This document shows, piece by piece, positions 51,051 to 64,000 of a stretch of DNA of 64,000 bases. The DNA comes from the human T2T-CHM13v2.0 reference genome, Homo sapiens: the NCBI RefSeq assembly GCF_009914755.1, contig NC_060928.1. One strand, 5' to 3'. Both the position numbers and the translations under genes were made by a program. The notes under the pieces are model-generated. The model was not told the DNA's origin. It saw only the letters and a program-made list of their open reading frames with translations, and ran no database searches. Numbering within the stretch: the stretch's first letter is position 1; each line of letters starts with the position of its first letter.

Positions 51051-52237
51051 TCATGTATATGTTCAATACATACATAAATAATGAGACAACTAACCTGACA
51101 TTTACTTTTATTTCAGAAAAAAATAGTTGTCATTAGGACATTTTGTGTCGAAAGTCTGGAAATTGAAAAACAAAGAAAAAATTTGTTTTTGTTTTACTGT
51201 CTTCCTATACAATTGAAATATATTACCGGTACCTGATATGTAAGCTAGGTTTCAAACAACACAGGAAAAACATAATAAAATTATAAAACCTAAATCTTTT
51301 ATCAATTGGAGTTTATACTTCATATATTTGGCTTTCTGCTCCTTTCTCTGCAAGTCTAACTTAATGGTTTTATAATATGTATTTCCTATTATAGATATGG
51401 CTGGAAATAATATATATTCTTTCTACATTTTAAGATTATAGATAACATTGCAGTGGACACCTTTGTAATGCATCACAGAACCGATCTCTCACATCTGAAG
51501 AGAAAAAGACCTATATTAATAATCTATTTTAAAGTCGTTGTAATATTTTCCAAATTGATTTTCAATATTTACAGTGTTTGCAAGTTGTATTTTCTCAGAA
51601 TAACAAAATACATTCCCAGGTAGCAATCACTCTGTATATAAAATTGTAATAAATACTATATAAAGTTAAAAGGTCACAAAAATAAAATTGTATTCAGTAG
51701 AAATTGAGAGACAAACATATTATTTTATATTATTGCTTCCTACAATTCCATATCCTAAGGATAAATAATATAGTTTGCCTTATATCTTGACATTTTTCAT
51801 ATATATGTATATATAGATATCTTTTACTTGAAATATAATTAATTAGTGTATTCTTAAGTGCTGACAATATAGGTACAAATATACTTAATATCTCATTTTT
51901 ATTTTAATTTTTGGAACATATTGTGAATTTGAGATCCTTTTCCTATGTTTAATATTCTTTAAGATTTCTTTATATGCCAGTTACCTGCGTTCTTTTACTT
52001 ATAAATTTGCAGAAATACTTTGTGTTAGGTTTTTTTTAAAAAAATTTTTTGTCTTCATTTTCATTTCCTTTCCATTGCCTCACAGAAGTTCTAATACCAA
52101 TAACCTGGGCAAGCAACACTACTGATAAGTAAAGTACAAGAAACTGTCATCTAAACAGTTTTTGATTGGCTCCTTCTATGTGAGATTTTAACTAGTTTTT
52201 AGTTATACTTAGCATACCTACTATGTTATTTCATTAA

Positions 52238-52545
<308 letters not shown>

Positions 52546-54277
52546 CGTTTATGTTTTTTCTCCCCATAATTACTTCCTGTACTTTAGAATTAGGAATTAA
52601 CTTCATCTAAAGAGTGTTAAGACAATCTAAACTGATGCTCCATATTTCACAGACACTTCTGTGTCACTACTTTGTAGTTGCAGTCGTGAGATATGCTTTC
52701 ATAATTTCAATATATTTAAGTTTAAAAGTGGAATTCAGTAATTCAGTATAAGGGAGAAGGCAGCGCATGAAGTAATTATTTTGGAATCAGAGGCAATAAT
52801 TCAGGCTAGTATCAATGTTGCTAAATTATATTAAAAAATCATTGTTTCATCATATGTGTGAGAGGAATCTGAATGAAATCATTAGAGTTCACAGTAAGAG
52901 AACAGAAGCCCCTATATCAGTTTAGCATATACCCTATATACAGGAGAACACAAGCCCCATATCAGTTTAGCATATACTATAGCTAGTATATTGCTGCATT
53001 TCAAGAATATTGCCATTATTGTGTGTCCAATTCTTTAAATATATTACACGGGAAAACATTTTGGTCTTAAAAGTATTGAATACCTTTATTGAAATGGCAC
53101 ACCTTACAGATGTAAGTATTTATTTGGAAAATCATGTTGATAGTTCCTCTAATATTCTGAGTGACAGAGGGGTTTTAAGAGTTATGTTTGTATTAGAAGA
53201 AATTTAGTATTATATTAGAAGAGATTCTTGCCATTGCTTAATGTAATTAGAATCACCATAACTGTGCCAAGTCACACATACATACACCCATGCAGGCACA
53301 CACACACTTATACAGTCTCAAAGGTTGTTTTAACAAGCAAACAAACAACAATGATGACCTGAGTGAAGTAATGCTGCTTAAATGCTTAAACTGCCAATTT
53401 GAACTAACTAGGATTTCAAGTTGAATTGCAGTATCTGTTGTTTATGTTTTGCTCTCATGGGGAATTGTTTACTTACTAGAAAAATACGCTTTATCAAATC
53501 TGTCATTGTTGTATGATGTACTTACTTTCAACCCTTTCCTTATACACTTCTGAAAATTCAGATATGTGGTTCATACAGCATTACCATATGCTGGTAATAA
53601 TAGGTTATATTAGAGCAAACACACAAACACTTTTAATTTTTGAAGTAACTCATTTTAAATTGTTTTCCTACATGTTATAATAATTTCAAATATTTTAATT
53701 GCAATTATAAATAAAATTGTAAACTCCTTAAAGGTTATGTATATCAATGCCATAGGTTAAAATAGAATTTTGCAATAGGTTAAAATAGAATTTTGTCATA
53801 GGCTAAATAGAATTTGGGATATGTAGTTTATAGGTTTTAAACCTTCAATTTGAAGAACATCAAGAAGGTACAGAAAAACAAGAAATATTAATCGCAAAGG
53901 CAAAAGTAATTTATTTCTATTGTGCATCAGTGTATCAAATGACTAGAGTCAGGCTGAAACTTTATAGACAAGAATGCACTTCAATGCCAATGATCTTGCT
54001 AAAAAATTTGTGAAAAAGGAAGCCAAAACAATTTTCTCCCCCCGCACCCTTTTCCCTAAATTGCCTTACTTTGTTATAGATAAATAAGAATGTACAATGG
54101 AGAGGAATGAATGGCCTATTTCACCTTGTATTTTGGAATTCCTATAGTTTAAGAAATCATATTGATTCCTCCAGTACAGAAAGGTCTACAGATTTCATTT
54201 TTTATGACACATTTAACTGGTTCCAATAAGTTACCAATACTATTCATTTTTATTTATTTCTTTTGAGAAATAAATAA

Positions 54278-54945
54278 TAAGAAATCAAAATAAAAACCTA
54301 AGCCCCCTCCCAACTGAACAGATTTTCTCTATGGGCAAGGAGACCCCAGAGAAACTTTACAATCTGAGTTCCCAGCCCTGACAGGACACGAGGTCAAGAC
54401 AATCCTCGTTCTACTCCCTCCAGCCATCAGGACTTTTTTCCTAAGAGTTCAACAGAAACCCACCCTTTGGAAAGTCTTGCTCCACCACTGATTTCTAGAC
54501 TTGCTCCAGTGGGGTGACGCTGCCCCTTCCTTTATGCAGTTTCAACGCAGCAAAGGACCAGCTTTCCTTCCTGATGAGAGAGTCCTGACCATGGGCTGGC
54601 TCTCAGCAGCTTTTGGAAGCTGCACCGTTAGTGCCTCATGTGTCACCTGCTTCACCTTTTGACATATACAGCCGAATTGTTGTACAGTTACATGTTAAAT
54701 CTCCACCTCAAATGGAGCATGGTGCCCCCTCATGAATATTCATAGCTCCTCCTATAACCTGTTGAATATGAATACTTAGCCAACTCTTTTAGTATAAACT
54801 CCTGTTTCATTTTTCCTCCTTTGAAGCAACTGCTTTTTGGTTTTATCAGGAAGCTCTGCTTCCTGTCTGCAGGTTGTGATAATCTTTTTAAGAAATAAGG
54901 TCTCCTTTCTAAATTTAGAGATTTTTGTTACTTTTTCCATTGATA
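54278..54945 (+). mobile_element. MER39-like ERV1 solo LTR
   Basis: AAAACCTAAGCCCCC...CAAGGAGACCCCAGAGAAAC...CTGAGTTCCCAGCC; TATAAA ~54793; AAATAAGGTCTCCTTTCTAAATTT end. Confidence 0.82.
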
Positions 54946-55280
54946 TTAGCAATAGCTAACTAGTATAATATGACCTATTCAGATTCATAAGAATGCTTTC
55001 TACTAATAATTTTTTTGAAAGGATGTTAATGGAGTTGACTTGGCACCGACAAGGTTTTGACTCTGATTGGTAGATAAGAATTTCGTCCATTTACTAAGTA
55101 AACGTAATTCAGAACTTCTATAAATAAACTGCTGGGGAAAAAAAAAGAAAAAAGAAAAGAAAAAAAGAAAATCACATTACTTTTATATTCTGGTATAGTT
55201 GATCTGGGGAAAGTGGATAATACCTGTAAAATTATAGAGAAATATCTTAAGTAAAGAGGTTATTCACACATATACACTTT

Positions 55281-55600
<320 letters not shown>

Positions 55601-55818
55601 CCCCACCATATACACACTTACTAAATGTTATCTTTTTCTCCTAATTATAAAATTATTTTTTCTTGCTTTTGCTGTTGAATTTTTTCAATGGATCATGGTT
55701 TTCTGGGCATTTTCATAATTGTAATTTTTTCAAGATAACCTTCACATTTACTGTATCTTTGTTCTTCCAGAGATAGTGTGTCTAGCACCTAGCTGATGTT
55801 CAAAAAATTGTTGTTGGG

Positions 55819-56125
55819 GGCTGGGTGTGGTGGCTTATGCCTGTAATTCCAGTGCTTTGGGAGGCTGGAGGAAGCGGATCGCTTGAGGCCAGGAGTTTGA
55901 GGCCAGCCTGGGCAACAAAGTGAGACCCTGTCTCTACAAAAATAAATTCTAAAATTAGGTGGGTGACAGATGTCTGTCGTCCTAGATAGTTGAGAGGCTG
56001 AGGCAGGAGGATGGCTTGAGCCCAGGAGTTGGAAGCTACAGTGAGCTATGATCACACCACTGCACTCTGGGCTGAGTGACAGAATGAAACTCTGTCTCTC
56101 TCTCAAAAAAAATAATAATAATAAT
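55819..56125 (+). mobile_element. AluJ
   Basis: Diverged dimer, (AAT)n tail, AATTGTTG duplication. Confidence 0.93.
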
Positions 56126-57455
56126 AATTGTTGAACTCAACAAACCTAATTTATAATGACAAAATGCAGTTCCCCCTGTATTTCTTTAGCACATTTCTTC
56201 ACACAAATATTCAGTATAGTTTTTAAATTAAACTGAAATAAATAACATGAGAGTTGGTCAGATGTTTAGTGTGGAGTGCTCATAATTATTATGCAGTCCT
56301 TGTCATCATGAGCAAATAGTGTTTTGGTTGTTACTTTTAATTTTGTATTTTATTTTTAATATACTATAAGATACTAGTTATTGTGTTTGGTCTCCAAGTG
56401 TTTGAAATATGACTTTAGAATTAATCTGTGTTCAGCTACTAGTAATAAAAACAATTGTCAGTCATTGGCAGGTAGGAGTTGGATATCTTTTGATGTAAAG
56501 AGTACTTTTCATAAGGAATATTTTATACCCAAATAATTGAAAGGTTAACATTTTATGCATCAGAATCTGGGGTATTTAATTTTGTTTTAATTCAGAATAA
56601 CATAGTATATCAATGTATATAGCACTAATTGCATATTTAGCAATATGTTCATTAAATGATTTAAATAACATATAATTACAAAAGTTGATTATTAATATTA
56701 TAGGTCATATACAATTTGGGGTTACAATGTAATTTAATTTTTGCATCAGGATTATATTATTTTTAAAAATGTATCTGTAAGACATATTTACTTGCAAGTA
56801 TGGGAAAGTTTAACAAACTTAGGTTGATTTTTTGTTATCTTGAATGTTCAGGCTAGTGGATTTTCTTTTAAGAAGAATTCAACTTGACAGGAACATATTG
56901 TGCCACTGGAAGAAGTGATTAATCCTTATATTCATGGATTAGTAAAATGACAAAGTGAAAACTTGTCATAAATACTAAGCTTAGCCAGGTTAATTTTCTT
57001 TTCATCCTAAGATAGGGAAAAAAGCTGTCTTAGAAATTATTACCTTGGTTGTATGTGTAGATATATTTCTTTGAGTTTTTAGTTCTATCTCTATTCTAGA
57101 AATAAATATTTCTCTCAAATAGGTATACATTTTATTTTTTATTTTTCTTCCATAGATTTGACTCTCAAAATGAAATATTTAAATAAAATGCACATACTGT
57201 AGTAGCATCCCTCTATATATCATTTTTGGTTACAATTATTTCTGTTTTCAAGTAAAATAATGTGTCAAGGGTATTTATTCTCATGTCACTGATTTTGAAT
57301 ATTAATAATGCCCAAATGATAGACTTTATAAGTAATATGGTGTCATTTGCATTGCATGGAATAGCAATTTATATTATACTACTAGTGTTTTATGTTTCCC
57401 TTGAAAACTTATTTTCTATTCAAATATGCTATTTAAAATATGATATGAAAATATA

Positions 57456-57763
57456 TTTTTTTTGTTTTTTGAGACAGAGTCTCGCTCTGTCACCCAGGCT
57501 GGAGTGAAGTGGCACAATCTCAGCTCACTGCAACCTCTGCCCCCTGGGTGCAAGTGGTCTTCTGCCTCAGCCTCCCGAGTAGCCTCAGTCTCCCAAGTAG
57601 CTGGGACTACAGGCACACGCCACCACACCCAGCTAATTTTTGTATTTTTAGTAGAGACGGGGTTTCACCATATTGGCCAGGTTGGTCTCGAACTCCCGAC
57701 CTCATGATCCTTCCGCCTTGGCCTGCAAAAGTGCTGGGATTACAGGCGTGACCCACAGCACCT
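57456..57763 (-). mobile_element. AluS with internal 18-nt tandem duplication
   Basis: GCCTCAGCCTCCCGAGTA GCCTCAGTCTCCCAAGTA. Confidence 0.93.
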
Positions 57764-57959
57764 AGAAGATAATGTAATTTTTAAGTGAACTTTTAAATGT
57801 GCAACAATGGAAATAATGTGCGGGTCAAAGGAACAAATCAGATAAAGAAAGGTGAATTATTAACTATGATAAATTACCAAAATAAAAGAAATTCTATTTA
57901 CGATGAATGTTAAACTTTGTAAACATTAAAAAACATTGTGTATTCTCGTTTATCTGCAG

Positions 57960-58262
57960 AACGTAAAAATTAAAACAAACTCATAGAGATAGAGAGAAGG
58001 ATGATTACCAGAGAGAGGAAAGGATAATGGGTAGGGGAAGGGGGATGGTTAATGAGCACAAAAAATAGGGAATAAAGAAGACCTAGTACTTACTAGCACA
58101 ACAGGGTGACTGTAGTAAAAGCTAACTTAATTGTATGTTTTAAAATAATTAAAAGAGTATAATTGAGTTGTTTGAAACACAAAGATAAATGCTTAAAGTG
58201 ATGGATACCTTATTTACCTTGATGTTATTATTATACATTGCATGCCTGTATCAAAATCTCAA
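57960..58262 (+). mobile_element. L1MA/L1PB 3' UTR fragment
   Basis: AACTCATAGAGATAGAGAG...TAGCACAACAGGGTGACT...CATTGCATGCCTGTATCAAAAT. Confidence 0.85.
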
Positions 58263-59799
58263 TGTTTTGGGGATGCCAAAAAAGAGATTTTATGTTCAAA
58301 CCTTATTATATTGAGCCATGTAAGATTGCCATTTTATAGAACAAAAATTTTGAAATATTTCACCTAATTCAAGATAATAATTCACAAAAGCATAGCATTA
58401 AAATGTATCTTTCTGGTTTCCCTTTAAATCCTGGTTCACTCCTGTAAGCAAAGTATATTCTATGTATTGAGATCATCTTCAAAGATAGTAGTTTAAAATT
58501 TTTATATATCACAATGAAATACATATGATAATGAAATATAATAGTAACATACTTGTGTACTTGGACAATAGATGAATATGTTATTACAGAAAATTGAGTT
58601 GCTATCTATAAAGTCATTATATTTTAGATCTAAGAAAGACGATATGTCATTCAAATAATGTGTCTTTCAAATAAGAAATGACATTTAGAGAAGGACTAGC
58701 TTGTTCGAGCTTACACAAATAATACAACTGAGAGTATAATCCTTGTCTTCTGTTTCCCAATCTTAGTGTGGATTTTCCAGTGGAATTTAGCATGGTTTGT
58801 TACATGGCTTCTGAAGTAAAACTTGCTTAAGTGGAGTAAGGATGTGGCTGCAGAAAGTCTATTATAAGAAGTAATCAATAAGGGGAAAAAAATCCTGATG
58901 GGTGTAGGAGCCTAAGAGCAGAACTAACAACCACGTACTTTAAGTATGGCAATTCTAGGCAATTTCAGTGAAACACTGAGCTAGAAGAGGAATCCAGCCT
59001 GAGGTCTTTGGTAGCAGATGCTGGGAGCATCAGTCAAGGAAAGAGGCAAAGTCAGAAAAATGACTAACATAAAGTTCTGGGTTTGGACCAAAGACAAAAG
59101 TTACTGAGTGGTTGGAGAATTTCTGTTTCTGAGAAAAAGGAGTGAAGCAGCCAGGAATTATGGACTGTGGGATTAAGAAATCTGATTTGAGAACCTACCA
59201 TCAGACAGTCATTGTAAAACATTAAAGTCCACTGGTTATGGGATAGGAATAATAGATATTTTCTTTTTTGACTGGGAAATAAGTTCATATAAAATAAATT
59301 CTTATGATTAAATGCACTTCAGCAGCTTCTAGGCTTGTATTAGAATGGCAGGGACCATATTAAAAGTTCCTCAAGATGCTTCTCAGGACAAGAAAGGAAA
59401 AAATTGATAATCAACTCCATGAATACATACTGCTTTTTTTGAAAGCCACATGAGCAGGATTAGAACCCCCCTTCTTTGCTCCCCATGATAGTTTGATTTT
59501 TCTCTCCAATATTGCACATATTTCTCTCTCCTTTGCATTAGATTCAGATGTTTCATGTTGTCTTCTCTTACAGACTACCAAATTATTTAGGATACCTTAG
59601 TATCTCCTATAGGAAATAACATGTTTTTTTTACAGTCAATAAAACTGTATTAGTTTATTTATTTTCATGTGACATCATGATATTTGTACCTATCTCAAAA
59701 TTATTGTATTAAGTAATGTAGGTTAAATTGCTTTGAAATTTGTTATTACTTGGAGTGGAAATAAGTTCTATGATTTTTTTGTCCATGCTTACAATGAGA

Positions 59800-59930
59800 T
59801 AGGTTCTATTTGAAATGCTTTACATTGCTTAACACACTTAATCCCCTCAATAATCAAATGGCACAGGTACAATTATTATTCCCATTTGCTAGCTGAGGAA
59901 ATGAGATATAAAAAAATCAAAATTCACACG
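59800..59930 (-). mobile_element. MIR fragment
   Basis: GCTTTACATTG...TATTATTCCCATTTGCTAGCTGAGGAAA. Confidence 0.6.
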
Positions 59931-60854
59931 GTATAATACTTATGTAGTTATTTACATTGATGTAGATATACCAGAGGAGTATTGTAATTTGCAATGACAT
60001 TGTATAAATATTCAAATTTGACGAAGCCTTTCCTACTGCTTACAATCCAAGTGGTTTTCTATAAAAGATAAAATTCTTGAGTAATACATAGGTTCCATTG
60101 TTTTAAACAATCCAGAGAAGAGTTTCTGATATTCTTCAATGAAGTATAGTGTACTGGAAAAGACTAGATATGAATTCAAATAACAAAATATGAAACCTTT
60201 GAGAATAAGAACTATTAATTATTCATTTTTTTTCTTTTAATGAAATGATCCCAAAGACTAGTGTAATGTCTTCCCCATGGGAAACATTAAAGAAATGCTT
60301 ATTCAACAATGTTATATCGATTATATGATTAGGGTAAATTTACTTATCCTCTTTGAAACTTATTATCTTCTCTTTTATGATAAAAATATACTGATACCTA
60401 TATTCTAGTTATTGGAATGAGTATATCAGAAATGATAGATCTTATGTGTTTTTAAAATTAGGATGTAATTTTTATTTAGCACATATGTGCACTTAATTTT
60501 TGATATCTCAACTATATGGCCTTAGTAATGCTCCACTTGCATTAATTGAACAGATGTAATAAAACATAGGTTATATGTTTGTTGCATATTGGTTACATTT
60601 AGGCAATATATAAATAATTATAAATACTTTTCTAATCATGAGAAACACTGAATGCATTGTTCAAGTTCCCAGTTAATTAGAATGTTTTGGCTCCATCAAT
60701 AACCTTGAAGAAAAATTTGAAGAACAAATTTGAGAAACATAAAATACCAATCAAACTAAGAAAAACAGATACAGCATCATATACACAAAATAATATTCTT
60801 TATTAATTAATGGGAAATATTCAGGATTTGTAAAGATTAATTTGATACTTATAA

Positions 60855-61164
60855 ATTATTATTATTATTATTATTATTGAGACAGTCAGACAGTCTTGCT
60901 CTATCACCCAGGCTAGAGTGCAATGGCGCCGTCTCGGCTCACTGCAACCTCAGACTCCAGAGTTCAAATGATTCTTCTGCCTCAGCCTCCTGAGTAGCTG
61001 AGACTACAGCTGCACATCACCACACCCCAGCTAATTTTTGTATTTTTAGTAGAGACAGGGTTTCACTATGTTGGCCAGGCTAGTCTTGAACTCCTGACTT
61101 CATGATACTCCCACCTCAGCCTCCCAAAGTGCTGGGATTACAGGAGTGAACCACCGCGCCTGGC
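60855..61164 (-). mobile_element. AluS
   Basis: Reverse dimer, (TTA)n tail, TSD AAATTATT. Confidence 0.95.
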
Positions 61165-61676
61165 TGAAATTATTTTTTATAATTACATTTAAACCTAATC
61201 TTGACATATGTTTCAACTCTAATGTTGTAAGGAATCATAAACATCTTTCTGTAAACCTACATCCCTCATGAACTGGGTATACAAGTTTTGATCCCTTCTA
61301 ACTTAGAAACACATGCACACTAGCATTAAAATAAAGGACCCTGGTCTTTGTGTGTTCTGTTTTGTGTTATCTTGCTGTGTGAACTTACCTAAGTGTTATG
61401 GGTACCCCTGCTACCTAGTAACTGTAATCTGTTACATGTGACTCTTTACAGTCAATAATAGATCTAAAATACTGTATTTTTCCTCATTCTATTCTCCGAA
61501 TGCCTGCCTGGTTTTGAGTAAGAATATAACCGCAATCAATGATAAGACTCACCATTCTTTACTTAACCCTGGCCAATGGAGAGATGAACTTACTATCTGC
61601 CCAAACCAATAAATAACCAAATCATAGCAGCTATAGAATGGCTCAATAAATAAATTTTAAAAACCAGTACATTTTT

Positions 61677-61725
61677 TTTAAATTATACTTTAAGTTTTAG
61701 GGTACATGTGCACATTGTGCAGGTG
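61677..61725 (-). mobile_element. Ultra-short young L1PA 3' end insertion
   Basis: TTATACTTTAAGTTTTAGGGTACATGTGCACATTGTGCAGGT between copies of AAAACCAGTACATTTTT. Confidence 0.93.
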
Positions 61726-64000
61726 AAAACCAGTACATTTTTAAAAGAAATAGTTATCCTGAAGTAATCTTTATTAATGACTATAATCTCTCGTGGCCTA
61801 ACGAATAGGTTCCTGGCCAATCTTTGAGTAGGTACATTCAAAGGGAAAGAAATGGCTCAAATCAGGGAAAACTACATCACAGCTTTAGTATTAGAATACC
61901 TGATTAGAGTCAGATGAGAACAAACTTTGTAAAACATTTTACTACCTCCATTCTGTTCTTTCTTGTTATTTATTTGCAGAAATCAATAAAAGGTTGCTAA
62001 AATGTAAGCAAAGAATTTACAAAGTATGAGAGAATCTTACAAAGAATATGGCAGCTGAGATCTAATACAAAAAAGTGAAACTTAGATAAGAAATTACCTA
62101 ACCCTCTATTTTAGAAGCAAATCATAAAAAGGGAAGATTGAAGTCTATAAGACGTCAGCTTGTTCAAATATTTTAAGTAAACAAATAAATATTTTATTCT
62201 ATTTTACATTAAAATGTAGGTTTAGGGCTTTTTTTTTAATTGAAAAATAAGACCTATGTTTTTGTAGGCAGGAATGAATCTCAAATTACTACCAGCCTAG
62301 TCAAGACTTAGTGATTTAAATCATGTGAGCATCAGTAAAAATACATATATGGAAGAGATAACAAATGATTCTAGTTGAATCCTTAAGTATAATTTACTTT
62401 AGGAGGCATATGACTCTCATCAAAATTGTTGAAAATTTTATGAATTCAACATATTTTACCTACTACCCTGACATCACCTTTCAGCTATATATCTGTGCTT
62501 TATAACCTATGGTTCATAATCTCTTCTGGTGAGGACACCTTTCAAAGATATTCTCAATTGCAAGACACTTCCAAAAATATGCCTATATTTGACAATATGC
62601 TCCTGCAAAATACATGAAGAAATTAGTCTAAGAACATCTCAGGCAACTTTTCCTAATGGAGGAACAGCATTTTATAGATTTCATTATCACTTGAGTAAAT
62701 CTTAAATTCTTAAATTTGTCAGCGCAAGAAAAAATAAATAAAGTTAAAATGATTTCCATGTGTGTTTTCTAGAACTACTCTAAAAGTAATATTTATGTGC
62801 CTAACGAAGTGTGTTAGTTATTAAAGAATAATCACACAGGTAAATAATATTAAATGCTATAATAACTATTATTAACAGCTCTATAAAATTTGACATAAAT
62901 CTTGTATCTGAAGCTTTCACTTGCACTATGGTGTGCATTTGATTTGCTTGTAACAGCTTTTTATTGTTACTAAAAGAAATATGCATATCCATGCTTCTTG
63001 GTAGTTTTGCATACATGTGTAATTTCACTGTTTCCTTCAGCTATCCTCTTCTTACTAACACATAATCACAATTGTCAGTTTAAAATATGAGAATAACTAT
63101 AACTCAAAAGCCAAAGATAATCAATGTCCTTTCTATTTAAGGCATACATGTAACCTTTTGTCATCATTGGCTTCAACAAACTTGAAATAGAATATTATAT
63201 TTTGTTGAGTAATTGTAACCTCACCCCTTCCACTTTCACATATTAAAACGTCTTGCAATATTCATGAGTGACTGTTAAATTGTATGGAAATAATAGTGAA
63301 TGTACTTTTATTCTGTAAGTAAAAGCTTATTGGAAACTTTTCTCAATAATATCACCAAACTAGAATCACTGCAGTTGAGAACTGATGCCCTTGATTGGCA
63401 TCTTGTCATAAGCTCTTTGAATTTTATCCAAAAAAACTGAGCTAAATATGAATGGTCATCTTCTTCATTGAAGTGTCATTATTTTTGTTAATGATTATTT
63501 TGTCATCTTAGTTGGAACTATTAAAGAAAAATAGCTGTAATAACTCAAAAAGTAGTTTAACTTGTCAGTTATTTATAAAAGTATTTTCCCCAAAACACTG
63601 ATTAACATATATTTGTATAGTTATTTAGAAATTTTAAAACTTAAAAAAAACTTTGAAAAAGAATATAGTAAAATAAGTCTTAAGTATGATAGATCTCATT
63701 CAGACTTTGTGTTTCATGTTCAAAGTACAGAGGAACAAAGTTAGTAAATTCTAGAAAATGAAAATAAGTAGAATCTCATGATATCTCCTACAGGTAGCAA
63801 GATATAAAGCAAAAGGAATTTCTACATTACAAGAAATTATAGCCATATTATTATCAGTCAGAAGGTAGCCTAATGTATTTTAATGTTTCAGCCTTACTTT
63901 TACGAACATTACATAATCCACATATATATTAATGATAGGCATATTTACAGCATTTATATTGATTTGATTAAATAAAAAATACAGTTTTTATATTATGTGT

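Noticed and set aside
53751-53816. CRISPR-like repeat array
   Set aside because: Head-to-tail tandem without spacers, in eukaryotic DNA with no cas genes.

Overview
AT-rich primate (human/ape-like) intronic or intergenic DNA dominated by transposon debris. It holds about 21 Alu/FLAM copies, one young 5'-truncated L1PA2-like element (41645-45862, minus; source of the 541-aa ORF2 fragment), many ancient L1M/L2/MIR fragments, a Tigger2a and several LTRs (MSTB, two MLT2, MLT1, MER39, LTR27/28-like). No host protein-coding gene or structural RNA gene is recognisable, and I see no evidence of a new multi-gene system. The most notable items are: a polyadenylated, U5-less ERV1 retrocopy nested in an MSTB LTR; a near-perfect palindrome with 57-bp arms at 48891-49015; a degenerate ERVL-type gag-protease relic; an old twin-primed inverted L1; a ~49-bp L1 micro-insertion with a 17-bp TSD; a collapsed Alu; and a few candidate micro-exons. 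Family names come from recalled consensus sequences and boundaries are approximate, so both need RepeatMasker/Dfam confirmation.
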